A stretch of DNA of 64,000 bases from Saccostrea echinata (lineage: Eukaryota), in the NCBI RefSeq assembly GCF_033153115.1, contig NW_026889800.1:6510001-6574000 (forward strand), written 5' to 3'. Positions within the stretch are counted from its first letter, which is position 1. Each line of letters opens with the position of its first letter. The notes beneath the pieces were generated by a model. The model did not search any database and was not told the origin of the DNA. It saw only the letters and a program-made list of their open reading frames with translations. Made by a program: the position numbers and the translations under genes. Shown here one piece after another: positions 26,125 through 43,700 of this stretch.

Positions 26125-28756
26125 ATGGATAAAAACAGAAAAATAATCATCAACAATAACAAAGACGAACTAAAGATTGTTTCAAATTGGGGTCAGGTCA
26201 AACGGAACGTCAAACTCTCAGACGTGGTGGACCCACTGATAGAGAAAGGACTCATCACGCCCGACCAATGGATGGACATCAAAAATCGACCAATCAGCGA
26301 GCCAGAAAAGATGGAGGAATTCATGTATATACTTCTGAAACAGAAGTCAGGAGCTCTGGGGATTTTTCTGAAAGCATTAAGAAACTCCGGTTTTCATCAT
26401 GTTGCCGACGAATTAGAAGGGATTCCTCATAAAGATGGTCTGTATGGAGAATTTTCTTCCATTACTTTTAAATGGAATTCAGTTCAAATTTTATTTAGAT
26501 TTCAAATATTACTAACCATAACTTACTTCCGCAAGTAAAGGCTTTTATACAGTCAAATGAGGGACATACGCAACGTAGTTTTGAGCTTTTTTCCCCTAAT
26601 CTCCTGAAATTGAAGAGGTCCAATTGCGTGTGACTCCTTTGATGCTGTGGACCTTTTCTAAAGCAAATTTTGAAGAAATACCGATTAAAGCTGTATGTTT
26701 GGCCATTCTTTGTGAATTTTTCATTGAACGTTGATAGTACAATGACTTTTTTTAGTATCTTGAAGAATTATGTTGCATATGACCTTAACCCCAAAATATA
26801 CCATTAACAAATTTATTAAAGAAATTATATTTTGATTTTTAAAAAGGAAAAATAAAAATTGATACTTGTACAATAAACTAGACAAACCGAGATCCAACAT
26901 TGTAGATAAACAAACATTTCTATTTTGGGGAAATCATCCACTGCCTTGACTAATTTAAATGCATTGTCCTGATTCTTTTTGTTAAATAAAGCAACAAAAC
27001 AAAATGAATTTCAAAAATATTTAACCATATGATACCATTTTAAAGTTCATCAATGATATGGACATTGGTATCGATTGATGTTAATTTTACCTCCTTGACT
27101 TATGTTTTCTTTGCTTTAATGAATAAGTAATTCAAAGTCTATCAATAAGGTTGATATACTGGTTAAGAATTTATGTTGGTCTCATTTCCCTCTCCTATTT
27201 TTTCATTAAAGGTTGTGATCATTCGAGGACACACCCCAGGGTAAGTAGCTTACTTAAAATTTTAATAACTCTCAAATTTTATAAAAGTTGTTATGTAGAG
27301 TTAACAAATCGCAAAGATTAAGTATAATATCGATTCTTCACATGCTATTCTATTTGAAATACACATGTACTATATTAAAACATTTATGAAATAATTCAAT
27401 GATTTTTTATTCTATAGCGATGTATGATTCTATAACATAAATTTCCACTGTCAAGTGCATATGTGAAAGTAATTTAATTTCTGCGTAGGTTCCTGATGTT
27501 TGCACAACAGAGACGAATAAAGAAGGGAAAAGTGGGGGCCAAGGTTCTGCCTCATCTTCGAAAAGTACCGACACAGTGCGCCAGGAGGATCTCCACAAAA
27601 TGAAAGAGGAAATAAAAGACGAATTGCGCAACATTCGTGAAAATTTGGCATCTGAAAGAAAACAAGACAGAGACCAATTGTTGTTGCTTCAGCGAGAACA
27701 TAAACATTTACAAAATGATTTCGAAAGACTTCGACAACAGAAAAGTGAACTGTCATCGCGTTTGGATGATCTGATGAGTTCTGTTGACAGTTTAAAGAGC
27801 AAACTGGAAGAAAAAGAACGTGAATATCAGGAGCTGAAAAGAATAAATAACGGACTGAGAGAAGATTTGATGAGACAAAATAAGAGTAACTCCAGATCCA
27901 TACAGAAAAAGGACAAAGAGAAAGAGGAAATGGAGAAAAGGTTAGAGAAGAAGGAGGATGAATATAAATTATTACAAGCCATGATGGAGACCTTAAAAAG
28001 TGACCACGAGGAGAGGCTACACAGACTTAAAGTCGTAAACAAAGAAAAGGTAAGGTTAGACGGGGAGTACAAAAACGTTCTGTTGGAGAAAAAAGAACTG
28101 GAATCTAAGTACCAAGCCCTAAACCAGCAGGTAAAGGAAGTACAAGTGAAGCATACAAAGGAAGTGACGCAACTCCAAGGTGACGTCAAGGATCGTATGT
28201 TGAGGATCGAGGAGCTAGAGAGAGACAAAAACGAACTATCACAACAACTAAGCGAGTCCGAAAAAGAAAACGAAGAACTAAAAAAGGAGAACAAGAAACT
28301 AGAACAGGATTTACGCCGCACTGAAGGGGATAAGGAAATTCTGCAAACGAGGCTTCGTCAGTCCGACCTTCAAAAGTATACAGTCCCTCCGTTCTCTTCG
28401 GTGGCTAGGCATCCAAATTATCCTCCCCAGACAAGAGCCCCGCCAAAGCCTCAATGGAGGTATGTTTCTTTTCACAACTTGTCTTTCATTTATGATTACC
28501 GAGTTTTGAAGTTTAAGACCTCTTTTGATATACTACTGTAGAATGTTTCCTATATATACTCAGTATACTTTTCATCGCAATATAACAGACAACTGCCTTA
28601 GATTAATATTCATAGCATTAGTGTTCAGCATTTTTCTGAGAGTGTACTATTTGAAGCAAATATATATGTGCAATGTAAAAAGTTTTAATAATACATTTTA
28701 CACGATTTAATTTTCAAACATTTTGCAGGTTGGGAGCACGTGGCAAACATCACTAA
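26125..28756 (+). CDS. CARD (death-fold) plus long coiled-coil protein, 446 aa (exons 26125-26437, 27212-27240, 27489-28459, 28729-28756)
   Basis: N-terminal VVDPLIEKGLIT...KMEEFMYILLKQKSGALGIFLKALRNSGFHHVADEL fits the CARD pattern; ~260 aa of E/K/L heptads; Pro-rich tail; junction phases 1,0,2 are consistent. Confidence 0.85.
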
Positions 28757-29969
28757 AATTCACGTAAAGATACTAATATACGGTCAGAATGATTTGTTGT
28801 AAATATCTGAAATCAGATAAATGTATTTCATAAAAGTGTATCTTCCTTTCACTTAAACACGCACGTCTTTTTCTGTATTGTAGAATTCTCCTTTTCCGTT
28901 ATGAAGATTGTTCGTTGCAGGACCACATGTCTGCATGGTTTAACAGAGACAGAGAAAGGGACATTGTTGAAATATGCCCTGTTTATCAGCTGTTTATTTA
29001 AACATTGAAGGAAATTAAATACATAACCTCTTTTTTCTGCAACGATTGCAGCCGTCATACCTCGTTGAACAAAACAAAGAAATATACACATTGTATACAT
29101 ATTTATATCTGTATGAATTATTAATATAAAGTAGGTGAAAGTATACGTATCATCGATCCGGATGTTAAATGTACACAACTTACATTGTAGGTTGACTCTA
29201 AACACATTTTTCCATGTTTAGAGATACAGAAGGATCTAACTAGTTAAAATGTAAATTGTACTCATTGCCTCAGATAATGTTTGAAGCAATTTGGTTTTAA
29301 CTGTAAGAAATAAAGGAGAAAATATTCACTTGGTGTAAATATTGGTCAATTGCTCAACAATCATATTGTTAATTTTGTGATGTACACAGAAGAAATATAA
29401 CAAGTTTTAGAAAGTCTGGAATACAAAATATTGTCTAATAATAGATACCCAGCTAAAAAAAAAATGTACCAGGTCTAAGTAAGGGATGCATCCTTGCTTT
29501 TTACTACACAAGAAATACTTGTAAGGAAGAAATATTCGGTTACAGAATAGAAATAAATCACATGTATAATTTTTTGTTACTATGTCAATTTACATATTTT
29601 TTTCTTAAAAAATAAAATAAATAAAAAAAAAAAGAATAATAATAAAATTTAAAAAAACCCATATTTAAAAAAAGAAACAATACCAATATAAGTTATATAA
29701 TATATGTCTACACTGTTTGAAAAGTTGATAATTCAGTTTCCCTTCAACTTTACGAGACTTTAAAAGAAGAAACACGTATAACACAATATTTGACAATGTG
29801 CACAATTAATCCCAGTATGTATTATTACTAAGCTACATAAATTTAAGTCATTCTTTTCCTTTAAAGAATTTTCATCTTCCAGATAAAATACATGTATGTA
29901 CCAACAAATCCTGCTACAATACTATGAAAATGGTTGTGACATTAAGATTTCACAAATTCAGTGCATTGC

Positions 29970-30141
29970 CATAGGCGTCGGAAGCAAATTGAAAGTGGGG
30001 GGGGGGGGAGGCTAAACCAAAGGAAAAAGGTAAGCCCCAATTTCCAATGCCTATATTATGTCTATCTTTGAAAAAAGAGTGGGGGAGGGCTAAGCTAGCC
30101 CCCCTAGCCCCCCCCCCCCCCCCCCGGTTCCGACGCCTATG
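29970..30141. mobile_element. GC-rich MITE with 5-bp TSD
   Basis: TIR CATAGGCGTCGGAA / TTCCGACGCCTATG, TSD ATTGC; related elements at 47317-47554 and 61408-61669 (TSD TCCCA). Confidence 0.75.
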
Positions 30142-30388
30142 ATTGCTTGGCTAGTCAAATTCGGGGGCGTATACATATAGTAATTTGAGTCGTAATTATT
30201 AAAAGCTAGATTCCCTTGTTTCAATCGCCAAATGAATTGTCCTCTACAAAAATTTAGAATTTTTCAATTTAAATTTGTATATGACAATTAAATAGTCATA
30301 ACACCAAATTCTCTATTTTAATAAAAATTTGTGGGAAGATAGAATGAATAAATTAATAAAAGAAAAAAGAGAAATTGAAATTAATAGA

Positions 30389-30993
30389 TTTTTTTTTTTT
30401 AATTTTTTTTTTATTGCCCCATCACATGTCCAAGTATATAATAGTGCCAGGGTTGGGGCCCTGGGTTCACTAAGTAATATACATAATACACATATATATT
30501 ACACAATCATAATGTGACAGGACATTTTTTTCACATATCATTCACACACCATTCGCTACATAACATGCATATGATTATATTTATAATAATATTTAACAAT
30601 CTTAATATAATCAGTGAAAAGTTGATGTACATCTGTAACTGCATTGTTTTTTCAAATATATTAATCATATTAAAACATTATCAAATTCCATCGTTTTTTA
30701 AAACTGTCCATTTCCCCATTTTTCTTATAAATATATTTTTCACAATTAAAATAATACATAACCTCTTGTTTGACCCTCTCAAAAGATGGTACACATTTTT
30801 TGCATCTATTTCTATAAATATGCTTTTTTATTATACATACTACTAAATTAAATATATTGTTATATTTATAATGTTTTCCGAACAAAACATCAACTTTGTT
30901 TAGAGATATATCAACTCCAAACTGTTCTTTCATCCACATGATCCAATCCATTACTTTTTCCCAAGTTTCTGCAACACACTCGCATACCCAGAA
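30389..30993 (-). mobile_element. 5'-truncated L1/Tx1-clade LINE
   Basis: ORF2 C-terminal remnant (FWVCECVAETW...KKHIYRNRC...SFKKRW), poly(A) tail at 30389-30412, TSD GAAATTAATAGA at 30377-30388 and 30994-31005. Confidence 0.8.
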
Positions 30994-31905
30994 GAAATTA
31001 ATAGATTTTTATCTGAAATAAATGACAAACATGCCACAATGGACTTAAAATCCCAGCATGTTCAGTCGGCTTAAATAAAAGTGTAGTTTGACCACACACG
31101 TTAAATACGTTCTCTCTCCTTCTCTTCTTGGTGGAATATACAATGTAGTCCGAAATGTGACCTGTCAATGATTTAATATTTTAAAAGTGATCCGTTTAAA
31201 TTATTTTTATTCGCAGGAAAAAAATGGAATATAGCGAATGATTCCTTTGCCTGTCCCAATTAAAATCGATTCTAAAAAGTTCAAATTAAAATCTGAAACC
31301 TTGAGATAAATTTCAATCTCTTAGGAATTGGGAAATTAAAATAAAACATACATATATACACCCTTGGTCCAATGATATTTTTTATTTTCTTCTTTCATAA
31401 ATTATATTTATATGTTTATTATACGATAACGCGGGTAAGATTTTTTTTTTAAATAAAACGTTTACCTGTTTACGTTACTTTTTGGATAAATGTATGCTAG
31501 AAGCATACTTAATTTATGAAGGAAGACAAATAAAAATATCATTGGGTGGGGGGGGGGGGGGGGGGAGACCACAAGCACCTGTTTGGTAATATTCGGGAAA
31601 CACTTAAAAACGTTAATTAATATACCAACGCCGAGCAAAAATTTACTTCTCGTCCAAATTTCTAGATCCGCGCCTGTAGAATGATCTAAACGTGCTAAAT
31701 CAAAACATATTGCTCTTTGTGACTTTTTGATAAAATATTCGTCCTGTGGCGTATTTAACATGCTTTTCCTTCGTCTTAATCGTAACGCGTCGGGTAGGTC
31801 GATCGGACAGGTCGATCCGCTCGCCTCTCCTTCTTACTGATGATGATGTAAGGGGACTTAAGCAGGAAGTGGTACCTGATATGATGTAAGCGGCCACGTT
31901 TGTAA

Positions 31906-37488
<5,583 letters not shown>

Positions 37489-40400
37489 TGGAGGGGGATT
37501 CTTATGTTGCTCCCCAAAAGTCCCATTTATACCATGTACTGGTCAGAGGATATTAGTTTTCTCTTTTAAAGTTAGATTGTACTAATAATAAATGTATTTC
37601 AAGACCGAATCTTCAAGAGTTTCTTTATACCTACAAGTATAAAACAATGTGTTCATATAATAATACAGTTAGTATCTTGTATTTATTAAGCACAATTGTT
37701 TAGCCACTTTTGAAGGACAATATTCACCTCAATCAACCTGTGGTTCAATGAAAATTGTCACAGATACCTACATATAAATTGACTTTGTAAAAGTCAATAA
37801 TTTATATTGAAGGAATCTTATAGGAGACTTGAACTGTGGGATATTGTGACTTGTTATACCTTTAAAAATTTGTTCCTATATAAATCAGTACTAATAAAAG
37901 TCTAACATTTTCAATGTTTTACTGAGCGGGCATGAAAAAATTGATGTTTGACCGCAGAGTGAGATATTGGACCTGTCGATGAGATGTTGGACCACTTATG
38001 TCACACAAAGGGCATGGTCAGCTAAATCTCATTTGCATTCGGTGGTGTTTGACATACATGTACCAGGTATGTCAAAAAAAATAAATAAAAGGTATAACAA
38101 AACATTTATTGACTGTGTTCTCAGGCAAAATGCGTTTTGTCGACCCCTCGAACCAAACTGTTTGCCTTCAGCCTAACGGCCTCAGGGAAACAGTTTGGTT
38201 CTTGGGTCCGACAAAACGCATGTTGCCCTCGAACCCATTCAATAAATGTGTAATGTTACATGATAGAACTCACAATAACATGGCTCTGATCTGCCATATA
38301 TACTTCTGATTGGTGCATACAGTGTAGTTTGTAAACTTTTAACCAAGTTTTGAAATGCAATTTTCTTTTCAAACATCTTTGAATTGCTGTAGCATTTATA
38401 AAGTTAGTAACTTTGTATGTATAAATTTACATTTTACAAATCATTCATTTACTCACTGTTTTGATTCTAAGCTTACATGTAATAAAAATATGCCATCTAA
38501 AAAAATAAATGGGGGAGGGGTAGGCTGGGGAATAATTATGGTGTTAATTTTTGCTATATCCTCACTCTTAATAAAGCCATGAATTCAAAACGGCAGTGAT
38601 TGATTTAAGGAATAAGTGTCTAATTTTTGGATTTTGATGTGATCAAGCAATTGGCTTGCGTGAAAATTTGCATAAAGGCCGAAGGGGTTTATGCATAAAA
38701 TTATCATGCAAGCCAATTGCTTGGTCATCATCATGAAACCAAAAATTAGACAGTTATTCTGTATGTTTATATGCTGCCTCTTGATTCCATAAATTCACGT
38801 GCTCCAAGCCCTGCCTACTTCTCTTTCTGTCTTCCGCCCTGCACATGATTTTTTTAGACCACGCCTTTCGATGAACCAGTAGCTTTATGTAGAAATCAAA
38901 TATTTTTACTATTTGTAGTATTATCTTGGACAAAGAAATTTAAGAATGTAAATATTTACAAAATAAACACAAACAACATGTGAAAATTGAGATTACAATA
39001 ATACTTCGAAGCATCAAATAGAGAATGGAGGTAGATTAATGAAACTTTTACGTATTTTTTGTTTTACAATGTTTAAGTAGCAGTGTAATAAGTCACTCGA
39101 GTTTTGCAAGCATACAATTTTGTGTGTGATAAGACTGTGTATGAATTACGGTGAGTTATTTAATATTAGTCTTAGTCTTCGTTATTTATTTATCTTTATG
39201 AAATCTTAGTTAAATAACTTATTCCATGATGTAAATTATAAAATGGTCTATGCAAGTACATTGTACTTGGCTCCCATCTAATGGTCTCAATACTCGTAGT
39301 CCCATAAACAATTAGTCTGCATTTTTTTAAAATTGAAATATTTTTGATTTAATGGACTTGCCAGAGAATCTAGACCCGGAAGAACATTAGCATGAGGTCT
39401 TACAGAAAAAGTTGTGTATTACTCTTTCTATCTTGTAAGAATGTACCTGTAAACTGTAATTACTGTATTATATTTTGGTTCAATACCCGTGGGTTGTCAT
39501 AAAAATTTGTATATTTTATTGTATAGTTTTAATTTAATCTGCATATTTGTTTTTATGAAAAACTGTTAAGTTTATATATATAATCCTTGAGCTGATTATA
39601 AACCTGATGATTCACAGAATTAAAGTCTTATGAAGAATTATGATGAATACATGTCTTATAATACATACATTAGGCAAGTCGTCGGACTTTAACCATAAAC
39701 TATCTGCTTACCTAGAAAATAATGCTTTTCTTCTCCAAAAATTATTGTAATAACACGAATTTAATTACTGTTAAGAATTATTTCATTGGGACTTCATTTT
39801 ATAGTTTATATTTACAAACCTTGTGTTTATCATTGTTTCTACATAATAATAATAATCCCTGATGAAAATGTCATCCAGGGTTTAATTCGTCATCATAGAT
39901 ATGTTGACTTCTACAGTATATTGTACATGTAGTATACTATTGTGTGATGTATTGCCTGCAAAGCAGGATTTGATTTTCTTCTTGTTTAAATCAGATGATC
40001 ATGTTCATGGATATATCAAGAGATTATATGATATTCTTCTCACAATTACTATTGGGTTTCAAAAATAAAAGGAACATCAGAATTTTTTGTTCATTTTTAT
40101 TTCATTATTTCATCAAAATGCTTAGACCAAGAATGATATATGCATAGATACCTGTGCTCTTCAAATAAATCTACACAGCATATATATGACATGTATGTTA
40201 CCAAAAAATAAAATGCATGTATTTCAATGCTATATGAAATAAATAAACACACATGAATACATTCACATCATTTTGCTTACAATGAACAAAGTGTTTTACA
40301 GATGTTTCAGAGAGTTGGAGAGCTTTTAATTGTCTTTTCTTGAGTGTCAATTGTCAATATTCATCCATGAAAATTTTCTATCATATATGTGGAAAATAAT

Positions 40401-40759
40401 TAGATTTTATGCTTTTCAAACTAATCATAAAATGTAAGGTCTTTCTAAATGCATATCATTGTGTATGTATTTCTTATATGACCACGCTAGTGAAATATTT
40501 CTCTAAACAGTCTGAACAATTCAATTTTATAAATTAAACTGAAACATCAAGACAGCAAAGGGAAGGATATTTATATTACTCAAACATTAATAAAGAAATG
40601 TCAACATTATCTGGGGGAAAAAAAAAGATTTTCAACCCTTCTTTCTAATTGTTCATTAACAAAAACAAGCCTGAATCAAATGAAGTCAAGTGGCCAAAAA
40701 AGCCGACTCTCATTCAGATCACCCATCATTATAATTCCTCTTGCTTGCTGACGTTGGTA

Positions 40760-43700
40760 TCATCCATCATCAAACTCCTCTTCATCGCTAAAGTAAGCAT
40801 CTTTCTTGTATTTCTTACGCTTTGGTTCGTCGTCTTCCGTGACGGAGGAGGAGCCAGAAGCAGCATACCGCAGTGATTCCCGCTCTATCTGTTGTTGCTG
40901 CGTAAAGGGGGATAACTAGAATCATTACACACGTATTGAAATGTTGCTGCAGATTTTGAAGGAGAAAATTAGTTTGATACACATACTGAAATAATGCTGC
41001 AGATAATGATAATCACAATACACACTTTATCAATTTTCTGAAAATATGTTTTTGCTGCAGATCAAAGGGGGATAACTCTGATAATTACTTTGCAAGCTTG
41101 TATAAAAATCAAATAAAGAAGAAAACTAACATGGGGAAAAACGCCATATATGTACTTGATATTTAATGGATACTGATATTGCACATGTTCCTGATATTTT
41201 ATGGATGGTAAGTAAATGTGTACTAATATCTAGTAGCTGCTGAAAGTAGGTACAGTACATGTGTACCTGATATTTAATGGCTACTGACAGTTAGTACATG
41301 TGTACCTGATATTTAATGGCTACTGACAGTTAGTACATGTGTACCTGATTATTATGGCTACTGACAGTAAGTACATGTGTACCTGATATTAATGGCTACT
41401 GACAGTTAGTACATGTGTACCTGATATTTAATGGCTACTAACAGTTAGTACATGTGTACTTGATTATTATGGCTACTGACAGTAAGTACATGTGTACCTG
41501 ATACTTAATAGCTACTGACAGTAAGTACATGTGTACCTGATATTTAATGGCTACTGACAGTAAGTACATGTGTACCTGATACTTAATAGCTGCTGACAGT
41601 TAGTACATGTGTACCTGATACTTAATAGCTACTGACAGTAGTACATGTGTACCTGATACTTAATGGCTACTGACAGTAAGTACATGTGTACCTGATACTT
41701 AATGGCTACTGACAGTTAGTACATGTGTACCTGATTATTATGGCTACTGACAGTAAGTACATGTGTACCTGATATTTAATGGCTGCTGACAGTAAGTATG
41801 TGTGTACCTGATATTTAATGGCTGCTTACAGTTAGTACATGTGTACCTGATATTTAATGGCTGCTGACAGTAAGTATATATATGTGTACCTGATATTTAA
41901 TGGCTGCTGACAGACTTTCCAGGGCAGGATCTTCGACCTCTTCATCACTGTCTTGCTCTTCTTCACTACAAATAAAGAAATCCTCCTTAGTATCCTTCTC
42001 TTACCTATGGAACTATTTTATTTCATCGTCAGTTTGTCTTGCTGGCTAGCTTTCCTGTTTTTGAATTCAGAAAATTACTCTGCAATAGAGCACAATACCA
42101 CCGATAAGAATAGATCATTAGGGTCAATCTCCATACAAGTTCGAGTAAATGTAGGCCTTGATAGGAATTCTCTCAAAGTGATTGTTTCAGTATGCACATG
42201 CATGCATCTTGATAATGGTAAAGTTTCATGTGATATATATTTTTAAACTTCTAGAAACAAAAATTAAGAACCAGTTGTGATATTGATCATGTGTGATATA
42301 TGCATTGATAACTGCAGTAGTACATATAAATATGTCACACCTACAATTGTACAGGTGTAATATTTAAACTAATATTTACACCTTTACATATTAAATAAGC
42401 AGCTGCATTGATGTATGCCATGTCCATTGGTTGTGATAAAACCTGTACATATATGTATGTGGTATGTGTATTGATTACTATATTTGTACACAGGTGATAC
42501 TGTAAACTAACATCATACACATGTGAGATTTGTGAACAACTCAAGCTAGGAACACTGTGAACCAGTAACTTGCAATGCCATGTTTTACAAATCATAAGGG
42601 CTCAATAGTTAATTTTAATTGCCCTGGACTGCTTTTCTGTTGGTGATTCATGAATACAAAATGTCACACATATAAAAGTTGCTTTCTAGTATTTGTCTAT
42701 GGTATAAGTTGTATCCATATTAGCTGATTATGGAATGCATTGTTTACAACACCTATTCATGTTATACCGACCTGTATTCCTCTTCTTTTTGTTTTTTTCT
42801 CTTTCTTTCTTTCTTTGGAGGTGGATCCCTTTCTCCAAGGAGATTTTTTGGACATTTATAACTCAGATGACCTTCTTCCTATAAAATGATTACCAATTCG
42901 AAAATCTCCATATGTATAAAATGTATAAAATCCTTCCTTTTTGTAATAATTATACTTTTAAAAAATCATACTCTCACATACATGTAAATGTTTATTATAA
43001 GCATTACATATTTTTTTCATAAGAAAAAAATTAGAAACAAAAACATCATGAACTACTAACATTACTTATAAGCATTTACCTGTCATTGATAAGTGTATAT
43101 ACTTACAACACTCATTATAACTGGATTGTCTGTCCGTGGTAAAGTTTACTGAGAATCTGGATTTGTCAATAGTAAGTTTACTTAGAATCTGGATTTGTCA
43201 ATAGTAAGTTTACTTAGTCCCTAGATTTTGTCAACGGGAAGTTTACAAAGTATTTGGATTTGTCACTAAGTTTTCTTACACCACACTTATAGTATCTGGA
43301 TTTGTCAGTGGTGAGTTTACATAGTATCTGGATTTGTCGATGCTTTGTTTACATAGTATCTGGATTTGTCAATGGTGAGTTTACAGTGTCTGGATTTGTC
43401 AATAGTGAGTTTACAGTGTCTGGATTTGTCAATTGTGAGTTTACATTGTAGGTAAATTTGTCAATGGTGAGTTTAAATAGAATCTGGATTTGTCACTTGT
43501 GAGTTTATACAGCATCTGGATTTGTCAATGGTGAGTTTACAAAGTGTCTGGATTTGTCAATGGTGAGTTTACATAGAATCTCAATTTGTCAATTATGAAT
43601 TTACATAGTATGTAAATTTGTCAATGGTGAGTTTAAATAGAATCTGGATTTGTCAATGGTGAGTTTACATAGTGTCTGGATTTGTAATGGTGAGTTTACA

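Noticed and set aside
27827-28321. 164-aa Ser/Phe-rich minus-strand ORF
   Set aside because: Antisense shadow of the E/K-rich coiled-coil exon
39855-39885. CTGATGA hammerhead core candidates (also ~21220 and ~39604)
   Set aside because: No properly placed GAAA and three-stem junction
40561-40570. USSE-like U12 5' splice-site motif (ATATCCTT on the ZCRB1 strand) downstream of the stop
   Set aside because: Single copy; USSE needs a tandem pair, and a lone 8-mer is expected by chance in AT-rich DNA
42005-42054. Possible stop-containing cassette exon in ZCRB1 intron 4 (AACAG...ATAG|GTAAG)
   Set aside because: Would leave only a 39-nt intron before exon 5 and has a weak polypyrimidine tract
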